Numbered from the stretch's first letter, positions 1-10,873 are shown. The stretch is 64,000 nt of DNA from Eledone cirrhosa (GCA_964016885.1 OZ024740.1:195548001-195612000); one strand, 5' to 3'. Numbers and translations are program-made. The notes: generated from the sequence alone by a model not told the origin.

Positions 1-203
1 TGCTCCGAAGACTCCAAACATCGGTTTGGACGAAATAATTGTAAGCTAATAAATGGTTTGAACAGAACTTTGATTCATGTGATTTCTATATAACTGCTCT
101 GTAGAACAACTGATGTTATTACATTGAGCTATTTATCTTACTGGTAATAAGGTAGTAATAAATTACTGCCTTTCACTGTTTAGGGTTTAAAATATATATA
201 ACT

Positions 204-3200
204 GGGCATCCAACCAGTGTATCAATGCCAAAAAGCTTATCAGCACAGCAACAAAACAGCATAGAAAAATATGAAGACGTCGCATCTCAGAGCTGCAACA
301 CTTAATGTTGGCACTCTCAGAGGTAGATCTGCTGAAATAGCGGAGATGCTGGAGAGAAGGCAGGTGGATGTGTGCTGCGTGCAAGAGGTGAGATGGAGAG
401 GTGCCTCTGCGAGACTAGTCGTAGGCAAGCGTCTTAGCTATAAGCTATTCTGGGTAGGTAAGGATGATGGGTTAGGGGGAGTAGGCATTTTCCTGGCTGA
501 GAAATGGATCAATAAGACAATAGAGGTAGTTCGAGTTAGTAATCGAATAATTAAGCTTAGATTAGTTGTAGGTAGGAGACTACTGACAATCATCTCGGTC
601 TATGCTCCCCAAGCAGGCCTAGGCAAAGATGAGAAAGACTGCTTTTATGAGCAACTCTTGCAAACAACCACAATGACAGAGGACGGAGACATCGTTATGC
701 TAGCAGGAGACTTCAATGGTCATGTTGGACAGCTCCAGGATGGTTACACTGGGGTACATGGTGGGCACGGTTATGGTTCAAGAAATGAAGAAGGAGTGAG
801 ACTTCTTGAATTTTGTGATGCAAGTACATTGACTATTTGCAACACAAACTTCCAGAAACCTGCCAATCACCTAATAACCTACAAATCTGGTGAGCACATA
901 AGCCAGATTGACTTCCTGCTAGTTAGGCAGCGGGACAGGCAGATAGTGTCTAATACCAAGGCATACCCTGGGGAAGAATGTACCCCACAGCATAGGTTAG
1001 TTGTTAGTGATATCTCAGTAAGCAAGAGATGGAATGAGACATATAGGAAGGTGTGGAGAAGAAAGGTCTGGAAGCTAAAAGACCTTTCACTAAAATTCAA
1101 ATTTAGGAAAGCCCTTCAAGATGTATATGACGAAAAAGAAGACGATTTAGAGACGTATGACATAGATAATAACTGGAAGTTCTTACGTGACAACTTGCTG
1201 AAGGCTACTGATGAAACCTGTGGCTGGAGCAGAGCTCCAACCAGACAGAGAGTGACCTGGTGGTGGAACAGCAGTGTAGATAAGGCTATTAGAGACAAAA
1301 GACTAGCATGGAAGGCTTGGAATAAGGGTGGGAGTAGGGAAGAATATACGGCCACTAAGAGAGAAGCTAGACGCCAGGTGTACTTAGCACGCAGGGAGGC
1401 AGAGAGTAGGAGGTTTGCCAATGTTCTGCGACGGGAAGATCAGAGGCGTGCAGTGTTCCACATTGCAAGGCAGTGTGTCAATGCAAATCAGGATGTTGTT
1501 GGTGATAAATGTGTCCGGGATGATGCCGGTGTACTTAGTGTCACGAATGACCAGAAAAAGGAGGCCTGGAAATGTCATTATGAGAGACTGATGAATGTGG
1601 AGAACGAATGGGAAAGAGAAAAATTACCCTTGGTAGATCCGACAGAGGGACCAGCTATTGAGATTGACGAATATAGGGTCCAAGAGGCGATTAGGGAAAT
1701 GAAGAATGGTAAGGCGGCCGGACCATCGGGAATAGTTGCTGAGATGCTGAAGGCATCAGGGGACGTAGGCACTAAACTGGTTGCACGCATAATCAATCAG
1801 GCTATATATGGTGGTGTCATACCCAAAGACTGGTGCAGCAGTATTCTCATAAATTGCTACAAAGGTAAAGGGGATGCTTTGGAGAGGAGCAATTATAGGG
1901 GTATAAAACTGATAGATCAGGTTATGAAAGTGGCAGAAAGGATTTTAGCACAACTAATTAGAGAAAGGGTCAAACTAGATGAGATGCAGTTTGGTTTTGT
2001 GCCTGGGAAGAGTACAAAAGATGCCCTCTTCTTGGTGAGACAAATGCAAGAGAGGTTCTTAGAGAAGAATAAGCCACTATACTTAGCCTTTGTTGACCTA
2101 GAGAAGGCCTTTGATAGGGTACCCCGATCTGTCATCTGGTGGTCCCTAAGGAAGCTGGGTGTTGAGGAATGGCTTGTAAGGACAGTGCAAACTTTGTACA
2201 GAGGTACTCTCAGTAAAGTCAGGGTAGGAATGGAGTTTAGTGAGGAATTCCAGATACAAGTAGGAGTACATCAGGGTTCGGTCCTCAGCCCGCTCTTGTT
2301 CATTATAGTCCTCCAAGCCATAACAGAGGAGTTTAAGACTGGCTGTCCATGGGAACTTCTCTATGCTGACGATCTGGCTCTTATGGCAGAATCAGTAGAG
2401 GAGCTAGAGAATAAATTCCGGCTATGGAAACAGCAGTTGGAAGCAAGAGGACTGAGAGTAAATCTAGCTAAGACAAAAGTGTTGATGAGTAGAAAAGAGG
2501 ACAAAACCCTGATTCCATCAGGGAAATGGCCATGTTCGATATGCAGAAAAGGAACTGGCATAAATTCTATAAAATGCACACAATGTAGGTCCTGGGTACA
2601 CAAGAGATGTAGCGGGATAGCAGGCAAACTAACAGGTAGGGAGAAATATGTATGCAGTAGATGTACAGGGAAATTAGACAGTAGAAGTCGCACTGATAGA
2701 CACATTTTTCAAATGCGAGAGGGCGCTATAGAAGTGGTGGATAGCTTCCGGTACCTAGGAGATCAGATTAGCATGGGAGGAGGGTGTTCCGAGGCCATAG
2801 TATCTAGAATAAGGACGGGTTGGAAGAAGTTTAGGGAGCTGCTTCCTCTGTTGACGAAGAAGGGTTTCTCCCTGCGTACGAAAGGCCGGTTGTATGATGC
2901 CTGTGTGAGGAGTGCGATGCTGCATGGTAGTGAGACATGGGCAGCTACCGCACAAGATATGCGACGGCTGGAGAGAAATGAGGCAAGCATGCTCCGTTGG
3001 ATGTGCAGTGTAAATGTGCGTGAACGACCCAGCATAAATGTGTTGAGAGAGAAACTGTGTCTGAGAGGGATAGAATGTAGTGTACGGGAGAGGAGACTGA
3101 GGTGGTATGGACATGTGATGCGCATGGAGGATGACCGATGGGTGAAGAAGTGCCAGAAAATGCCAGTTGAAGGAAGACGTGGTAGAGGTAGACCACGAAA

Positions 3201-3361
3201 AACATGGGCGGAGGTGGTGAGAACAGACCTCAGATGATTGAAGCTCACGGTGGAGATGACGAGGGACCGTGACGAGTGGAGAGATGCTGTGCTGAATAAG
3301 AGCCGTCCCACCCTTGCAAGCAGGGAAGAGCGGACGTAAAATGATGATGATGATGATGATG
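204..3361 (+). mobile_element. Near-full-length RTE-clade LINE (subfamily A)
   Basis: Single long EN+RT ORF. The 3' end CCCACCCTTGCAAGCAGGGAAGAGCGGACGTAAAA is followed by a (TGA)n tail to ~3361. Candidate 6-bp target-site duplication ATAACT at 198-203 and 3362-3367. Confidence 0.95.
271..3237 (+). CDS. RTE ORF: APE endonuclease + reverse transcriptase with embedded PHD-type zinc finger (988 aa, probably ending at a premature stop)
   Basis: APE motifs: TLNVGTL, VQEVRW, SVYAPQ, AGDFNGHVG, QIDFLL, QHRLV. RT motifs: GKAAGPSG, YRGIKL, QFGF, AFVDLEKAFDRV, GVHQGSVLSPLLF, LYADD, FRYLG. RTE C-terminus: RRLRWYGHV...RGRGRPRKTW. Confidence 0.95.
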   Translation: MKTSHLRAATLNVGTLRGRSAEIAEMLERRQVDVCCVQEVRWRGASARLVVGKRLSYKLFWVGKDDGLGGVGIFLAEKWINKTIEVVRVSNRIIKLRLVVGRRLLTIISVYAPQAGLGKDEKDCFYEQLLQTTTMTEDGDIVMLAGDFNGHVGQLQDGYTGVHGGHGYGSRNEEGVRLLEFCDASTLTICNTNFQKPANHLITYKSGEHISQIDFLLVRQRDRQIVSNTKAYPGEECTPQHRLVVSDISVSKRWNETYRKVWRRKVWKLKDLSLKFKFRKALQDVYDEKEDDLETYDIDNNWKFLRDNLLKATDETCGWSRAPTRQRVTWWWNSSVDKAIRDKRLAWKAWNKGGSREEYTATKREARRQVYLARREAESRRFANVLRREDQRRAVFHIARQCVNANQDVVGDKCVRDDAGVLSVTNDQKKEAWKCHYERLMNVENEWEREKLPLVDPTEGPAIEIDEYRVQEAIREMKNGKAAGPSGIVAEMLKASGDVGTKLVARIINQAIYGGVIPKDWCSSILINCYKGKGDALERSNYRGIKLIDQVMKVAERILAQLIRERVKLDEMQFGFVPGKSTKDALFLVRQMQERFLEKNKPLYLAFVDLEKAFDRVPRSVIWWSLRKLGVEEWLVRTVQTLYRGTLSKVRVGMEFSEEFQIQVGVHQGSVLSPLLFIIVLQAITEEFKTGCPWELLYADDLALMAESVEELENKFRLWKQQLEARGLRVNLAKTKVLMSRKEDKTLIPSGKWPCSICRKGTGINSIKCTQCRSWVHKRCSGIAGKLTGREKYVCSRCTGKLDSRSRTDRHIFQMREGAIEVVDSFRYLGDQISMGGGCSEAIVSRIRTGWKKFRELLPLLTKKGFSLRTKGRLYDACVRSAMLHGSETWAATAQDMRRLERNEASMLRWMCSVNVRERPSINVLREKLCLRGIECSVRERRLRWYGHVMRMEDDRWVKKCQKMPVEGRRGRGRPRKTWAEVVRTDLR

Positions 3362-3409
3362 ATAACTATAAAAAGTTTTAGAATATACATAACCATAAAT
3401 AGTATCCTT

Positions 3410-3705
3410 AATACTATATATATATATATATATAAATATGTATGTATTTATAATTATATATATATATAATTATAAATACATACATATTTATTTATATATA
3501 TATAATTATGTATGTATTTAAGCGTGGAACACGGACGCTAAACCTGATGATGATGATGATATATATATATATATCAGTTCCCGTCCCACCCTTGCAAGCA
3601 GGGAAAAGTGGACGTAAAATGAAATGATGAAATGATATATATATATATATATATATTTATAATTATGTATGTATTTATAATTATATATATATATATATAT
3701 ATATA
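3410..3705. repeat. (TA)n/TAATTATAAATACATACA compound microsatellite carrying two tiny retroposon 3'-tail fragments (3520-3560 B-type tail; 3574-3636 SINE tail)
   Basis: Read directly. The fragments match the tails at 5000-5050 and 5390-5450. Confidence 0.85.
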
Positions 3706-5048
3706 TGACCTAACACTCATAGCTGAATCAATGGCCGAGCTAGAGAAGAAATTCCAAACATGGAAGCACGGCCTAGAATCAAAAGGCCTTAAAATTAACC
3801 TGGCTAAGACTAAAGTTCTAGTTTGTAAGAAAGAAAATAAGGCGGTGGTCCCTTCCGGGAAGTGGCCATGCTTAGTGTGTAGGAAAGGCGTAGGTAGAAA
3901 CTCCATTTTGTGTCCCAAATGCAAAGTATGGGTGCATAAAAGATGTAGTGGGATCACAGGTAAGCTAACTAAGAACATAGATTTTACATGTGGCCGGTGC
4001 TCTGGTGCAATAAGTAGCAGCAAGTGCCCACAAAATACTAGCTCTTTCAACTGCGCAGAGGGTTCTATAGAAATAGTGGACAGCTTCCGTTACCTGGGTG
4101 ACAAAATCAGCAGTGGGGGAGGGTGCTCTGAAAGTACAGTAGCTAGAGTCAGAACTGGATGGACAAAGTTCAGAGAGCTTATACCACTATTAGCCGCTAA
4201 AGGGTTCTCCCTAAAAATGAAAGGCAGGTTGTACGATGCCTGCATACGAACAGCAATGTTGCATGGCAGTGAGACCTGGGCATTGTGTGCAGAGGATATA
4301 CGCAGACTAGAGAGAAACGAAGCTTGCATGCTCCGCTGGATGTGTAATAGTAATATACGTGAACGGCTAAGCATAAACGAACTAAGGAAAAAATTAGAAA
4401 TAAGAGGGATCAGATGTTGTTTACTCGAGAGAAGGCTACATTGGTATGGTCACGTGATGCGCATGAAGGACGATAGCTGTATAACAAAGTGCAGGGCAAT
4501 AAAGATAGACGGTAGCCACAGAATAGGCAGACCCAGAAAAACCTGGGACGAGCTGATAAATTCCGATCTCACACACTTACACCTCACCAAGACAATGTCA
4601 CTGGACCGAGAACTTTGGCGGTACTCAGTAATAGAGAAGACCCGCCTTACCTAAATACAAAGTAATACCTACTACAGTCAGTAGGCATCTCTAACAAAAT
4701 ACACCCCGTCCCACCACCCCCACCCCATCCACACCGCCCCTTTCAATGTAAAGTTATGTTGGTGCCACAACATCCAGGCCGAAACAAATGAGATCGTGTA
4801 GGTGTCACGACAAAAAACACACAGTTCACGCTGTAATGTGGCTGTGTAGGCAACACGGTAAAAACCTCCCAGCCCCACACTGTAAATGTGGTTGGTGTTA
4901 GGAAGGGCATCCAGCTGTAGAAAACCCGCCAGATAGTCCTATGCGAGCAAGATAATCACTCTTGCCTCAAGTGGGAAAACCCCCATCCAAACCCATGCAA
5001 GCGTGGAACACGGACGTTAAACGTTGATGATGATGATGATGATGATGA

Positions 5049-5050
<2 letters not shown>
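3706..5050 (+). mobile_element. 5'-truncated RTE LINE (subfamily B) with RT C-half/PHD ORF to 4654, structured 3' UTR and (GAT)n tail
   Basis: Translation DLTLIAES...CLVC...WVHKRC...FRYLG...GRPRKTW. The ORF-track N-terminus (IYIY) is microsatellite. The 3' UTR is near-identical to 14797-15183. Confidence 0.93.
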
Positions 5051-5097
<47 letters not shown>

Positions 5098-5102
5098 TAT
5101 AT

Positions 5103-5455
5103 GGAGGCACATGGCTTAGTGGTTAGAGCATTGGCCTTGTAATCGAAAGGTTGTGAGTTCAATTCTAAGACAGGGTGATGTGTTGTTTCCTTGAGCAAGA
5201 CACTTTATTTCACATTGCTCCAGTTTACTCAGCTGTAGAAATGAGATGATAGGGACTGGAGTCCCTATCATTCCACTGTAAAGTGGTCGTGCAGGTGCCA
5301 CGACAAAAAAGTACCCAGCACTCACTGTAAATGAGGTTGGTGTTAGGAAGGGCATCCAGCTGTAGAAATCAAGCCAGTAGAAATCAAGCCAGTTCCCGTC
5401 CCACCCTTGCAAGCAGGGAAAAAGCGGACGTAAAATGAAATGATGATGATGATGA
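5103..5455 (+). mobile_element. tRNA-derived SINE, full length, with subfamily-A RTE 3' tail
   Basis: Pol III A box TGGCTTAGTGG and B box GAGTTCAATTC. CORE-like GTGTTGTTTCCTTGAGCAAGACACTT. Hairpin GATAGGGAC-TGGA-GTCCCTATC. Tail CCCACCCTTGCAAGCAGGGAAAAAGCGGACGTAAAATGA + (TGA)n. Confidence 0.9.
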
Positions 5456-5495
5456 TATATATATATATATTTATAATTATGTATGTATTTATAAT

Positions 5496-5531
<36 letters not shown>

Positions 5532-5533
<2 letters not shown>

Positions 5534-7007
5534 GGAGTAAACTAGGAGTAGATGAATGGCTTGTGAAAGCGGTACAAGCCATGTATAGGGGAGCAGTCAG
5601 CAAAGTTAGGATTGGCAATGAGTATAGCGAGGAATTTAGCGTACAGGTTGGGGTCCACCAGGGCTCTGTTCTTAGCCCTCTCCTGTTCATCATAGTCCTG
5701 CAGGCAATAACGGAGGAGTTTAAGACCGGATGCCCATGGGAACTCCTGTATGCTGATGACCTCGCACTCATAGCTGAATCTATGGTAGAACTAGAGAATA
5801 AATTCCAAACCTGGAAGCAGGGACTAGAGAGAAAGGGCCTCAAAGTCAACATGACAAAGACTAAGGTCCTTGTAAGTAGACGAGAAAACAGAACCCAGAT
5901 CCCCTCAGGGAAATGGCCTTGCTCAGTATGTAGGAAAGGTGTAGGTAGGAACTCCATTCTCTGCCCCAAATGCAAACAATGGGTACACAAGAGATGTAGC
6001 GGGATCTCAGGAAGCTTAATTAAGAATGTAGGATTCACATGCAGCAGCTGTGCTGAAACAGCAAGCAAACAGCCACAGGAAACAAGTACCACCAATCTCT
6101 GGGAGGGCCCTGTAGAAACAGTAGACAGCTTCTGCTACCTAGGTGACCGAATTAGCAACGGAGGTGGGTGCTCAGAAAGTACAATAACTAGGGTAAGAAC
6201 GGGATGGAAGAAGTTTAGGGAACTACTACCACTGCTAGCTGCAAAAGGCTTCTCAGAATGAAAGGCAGACTGTATGATGCATGTATCCGAACAGCGATGT
6301 TGCATGGTAGTGAGACCTGGGCGCTGAAGGTGGAAGACTTACGTAGATTAGAGAGAAACGAAGCCTGCATGCTCCGATGGATGTGTAACAGTAATATACG
6401 TGAACGACAAAGCATAAAGGAATTGAGAGAGAGACTGAGCATAAGAGGAATCAAATGCTGCGTGCAGGAGAGGCGGTTACGCTGGTATGGACATGTGATG
6501 CGTATGAAGGATGACAGCTGCATAAAAAGGTGCAGAGCACTAGAAGTTGATGGAAACCGCGGAGTGGGGAGACCCAAGATGACTTGGGATGAGGTGATAA
6601 AAGCCGACCTTACCCAGCTACACCTCTCAAAGTCAATGACACACGACCGTGACTTCTGGCGTCACGCAGTAATACAGGGTACCCGACCTCCCATGGGTAC
6701 ATACTGAAGCATATAAACAATATGCCCCCCCCCCCACCGCAAGGTGGCCGTGGAGGTGCCACGGCAAAAAAGCACCCAGCCCACACTGTAAAGTGGACGT
6801 GTAGGCGCCACGAAAAAGCACCCAGCACTCACTGTAAATGAGGTTGGTGTTAGGAAGGGCATCCAGCTGTAGAAATCAAGCCAGATCAGTTCCTGTATGA
6901 GCAAGGCATGGTCAGCCGACCAGACACTGCCCACAACAGGACAACCCGTCTAACCCATGCTAGCGTGGAAGAACGGACGTAAAACGGTGATGATGATGAT
7001 GATGATG
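5532..7007 (+). mobile_element. 5'-truncated RTE LINE (subfamily C), frameshift near 6255
   Basis: ORFs 5440-6261 and 6258-6707 join into one RT/PHD/C-terminal sequence. Distinct 3' UTR ending CCCGTCTAACCCATGCTAGCGTGGAAGAACGGACGTAAAACGG(TGA)n. Confidence 0.92.
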
Positions 7008-7247
7008 AATTATAAATATATATATATATATTTAAAAGAATAGAGTGTAACGGATTGGAGCAAACATCACGGACGCTCTATCTCAAAATTATTTTTGAAA
7101 AGCATTAGAAATGCGCAACCGGTAAAACTTAAAACCAAAACTGAATACTAACCAATACTATTACTAATTTTCACTTATTCCTAATTAAACTATTTTTCAC
7201 TGTGAACAATTTGTCAGCATTTTCTTTTTCGTTTACCAATATATATA

Positions 7248-9327
7248 TCATCATCATCATCATCATCAACGTTTAACGTCCGTGTTCCACGCTTGCATGG
7301 GTTTGGACGGGGGTAGTCCCACTTGAGGCAAGAGTGATTGTCTTGCTCGCATAGGACTGTCTGGCAGGTTTTCTACAGTTGGATGCCCTTCCTAACACCA
7401 ACCACATTTACAGTGTGGGTCTGGGAGGTTTTTACCGTGTTGCCTACACGGCCACATTACAGCGTGGACTGTGTGTTTTTTTGTCGTGACACCTACACGA
7501 TCTCATTTGTTTCGGCCTGGATGGCGCCACACCAACATAACTTTACATAGAACGGGGTGGTGTGGATGGGGTGGGGGTGGTGGCGGGACGGGGTGTATTT
7601 TGTTAGAGATGCCTACTGGCAAGGCGGGTCTTCTCTGTTACTGAGTACCGCCAAAGGTCTCGGTCCAGTGACATTGTCTTGGAGAGGTGTAAGTGTGTGA
7701 GGTCGGAGTTTATCAGCTCATCCCAGGTTTTTCTAGGTCTGCCTATTCCGTGGCTACCGTCTATCTTTATTGCCCTGCACTTTGTTATACAGCTATCGAC
7801 TTTCATGCGCATCACGTGTCCATACCAACGCAGCCTTCTCTCGAGTAAACAACATCTGATCCCTCTTATCTCTAATTTTTTCCTTAGTTCGTTTATGCTT
7901 TGCCGTTCACGTATATTACTGTTACACATCCAGCGGAGCATGCAAGCTTCGTTCCTCTCTAGTCTGCGTATATCCTCTGCACACAATGCCCAGGTCTCAC
8001 TACCATGCAACATTGCTGTTCGTATGCAGGCATCGTACAACCTGCCTTTCATTTTTAGGGAGAACCCTTTAGCAGCTAATAGTGGTATAAGCTCTCTGAA
8101 CTTTTTCCAACCAGTTCTGACTCTAGCTACAGTACTTTCAGAGCACCCTCCCCCACTGCTGATTTTATCGCCCAGGTAACGGAAGCTGTCCACTATTTCT
8201 ATAGAACCCTCTGCGCAATTGAAAGAGCTAGTATTTTGTGGGCACTTGCTGTTACTTATTGCACCAGAACACCGGCCACATGTAAAATCTATGTCCTTAG
8301 TTAGCTTACCTGTGATCCCACTACATCTTTTATGCACCCATACTTTGCATTTAGGACATAAAATGGAGTTTCTACCTACGCCTTTCCTACACACCGAGCA
8401 CGACCATTTCCCAGAAGCCTTGTTTTCTTTCCTACAAACTAGAACTTTGGTCTTAGCCAGGTTAATTTTAAGTCCTTTTGACTCTAGGCCGTGCTTCCAT
8501 GTTTGGAATTTCTTCTCTAGCTCGGCCATTGATTCCGCTATGAGTGTCAGGTCGTCTGCGTATAGGAGTTCCCATGGGCAGCCTGTCTTGAACTCCTCTG
8601 TTATAGCCTGAAGGGCAATAATAAATAGTAGGGGGCTAAGAACAGAGCCCTGATGGACGCCAACTTTTACGCTAAACTCTTCACTATATTCGTTGTTAAT
8701 TCTAACCTTGCTGACTGTTTCTTTATACATGGCTTGTATAGCCCTCACAAGCCATTCGTCAACGCCTAGTTTTCTAAGAGCCCACCAGAGAATGGAGCGG
8801 GGGACTCTGTCGAAGGCTTTCTCCAAGTCGACAAAAGCTAAGTAGAGGGGTTTACCTTTAGCTAGGTACTTCTCCTGTAGTTGTCGTACTATGAAAAGAG
8901 CGTCTGTGGTACTTTTGCCTGACACAAACCCGAACTGCATTTCATCTAGGTCAATTCTCTCTCTGATTAGTTGCGCTATTACTTTTTCCGTGACCTTCAT
9001 GACCTGGTCGATTAATTTAATGCCTCTATAGTTACTCCTATCTAGGGCGTCTCCTTTACCCTTATAACAGTTAACGATGATGCTGCTATGCCAGTCCTTC
9101 GGAACAACCCCATTCTGTACGACTTGGTTAACTATGTGGGTGACCATGGTGTGTCCCACCGTGCCAGATGCCTTCAGCATCTCAGCAACTATTTCCGAAG
9201 GCCCAGCCGCCTTACCCGTCTTCATATCCTTGATTGCCTTACTTATTATACTCCCCTCGACTAACACTGCTGGTCCCTCTATTGGGTCGATATGGGGGAG
9301 ACTGTCTTTCTCCCATTTATTCTCCTC
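7248..9327 (-). mobile_element. 5'-truncated RTE LINE (subfamily B), minus strand, with open RT ORF 7603-9267
   Basis: 554-aa ORF with all RT motifs and the PHD finger. (CAT)n tail at 7248-7267. Confidence 0.95.
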
Positions 9328-9519
9328 ATATATATATAATTACGTATGTATTTATAATTATATATATATATAATTATAAATATATATATATATATAATTA
9401 TAAATATATATATATATATATAATTATAAATATATATATATATATATATAATTATAAATATATATATATATATATAATTATAAATATATATATATATATA
9501 TAATTATAAATATATACAT

Positions 9520-9552
<33 letters not shown>

Positions 9553-9575
9553 ATTATAAATACATACACATATAT

Positions 9576-9628
<53 letters not shown>

Positions 9629-9870
9629 ATTATATATACATACATATATATATATATAATTATAAATATATATATAAATATATATATATAATTATAAATA
9701 CATACATATATATATATAATTATAAATATATATATATATAAATATATGGCCTCAGCCGGATGGCTGAAACAGGTAAAAGAGTATATATATAATTATAAAT
9801 ACATACATATATATATATAATTATAAATATATATATATATAATTATAAATACATACATATATAATTATAA

Positions 9871-9913
<43 letters not shown>

Positions 9914-9916
9914 TAA

Positions 9917-9957
<41 letters not shown>

Positions 9958-9960
9958 TAA

Positions 9961-10003
<43 letters not shown>

Positions 10004-10066
10004 TAAATACATACATATATATATATATATATATAAATATATATAATTATAAATACATATATATAT
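9328..10066. repeat. Compound AT minisatellite (TA)n-TAATTATAAATACATACA, with a 35-nt foreign fragment at 9748-9782
   Basis: Read directly. The fragment GGCCTCAGCCGGATGGCTGAAACAGGTAAAAGAG looks like an extremely truncated retroposon 3' end (inference). Confidence 0.9.
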
Positions 10067-10341
10067 AATTCTCAGACAGGGTAATGTGTTGTTTCCTTGA
10101 GCAAGACACTTTATTTCACATTGCTCCAGTTTACTCAGCTGTAGAAATGAGATGATAGGGACTGGAGTCCCTATCATTCCACTGCAAAGTGGTCGTGGAG
10201 GTGCCACGGCAAAAAAACACCCAGCACTTACTGTAAATGAGGTTGGTGTTAGGAAGAGCATCCAGCTGTAGAAATCAAGCCAGAATCAGTTCCCGTCCCA
10301 CCCTTGCAAGCAGAGAAAAGTGGACATAAAATGAAATGATG
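10067..10341 (+). mobile_element. 5'-truncated copy of the tRNA-derived SINE
   Basis: Matches 5161-5450 from the end of the B box onward. Confidence 0.9.
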
Positions 10342-10403
10342 ATATATATATAATTATAAATACATACATATATATGTATATATATATGGACATATGTATA
10401 TAT

Positions 10404-10873
10404 ATAGTGGACACCTTCCGTTACTTGGGTGACAAAATTAGCAGTGGTGGAGGGTGCTCTGAAAGTACAGTAGCTAGAGTCAGAACTGGATGGAAAAAGT
10501 TCAGGGAGCTTATACCACTATTAGCTGCTAAAGAGTTCTCTCTAAAAATGAAAGGCAGGCTGTATGATGCCTGCATACGAGCAGCAATGTTACATGGCAG
10601 TGAGACCTGGGCATTATGTGCAGAGGATATACGCAGACTGGATGTGTAATAGCAAATACGTTAACGGCAAAGCATAAACGAACTAAGGGAAAAATTAGAA
10701 ATAAGAGGGATCAGATGTTGTTTACTCGAGAGAAGACTACGTTGGTATGGTCACGTGATGCGCATGAAAGACGACAGCTGTATAAAAACTCAAGTGGGAA
10801 AACTCAAGTGGGAAAACTCCCGTCCAAACCCATGCAAGCGTGGAAGATGGACGTTAAACGATGATGATGATGA

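Noticed and set aside
2361-3396. Antisense ORFs overlapping the RTE copies (also 7679-8611 and 13371-14516)
   Set aside because: Shadow frames of the RT coding strand. They recur only because the element is repeated.
5103-5175. tRNA gene
   Set aside because: A and B boxes are present, but the sequence continues into the SINE body and recurs as a SINE head (34780-34852). No convincing acceptor stem.
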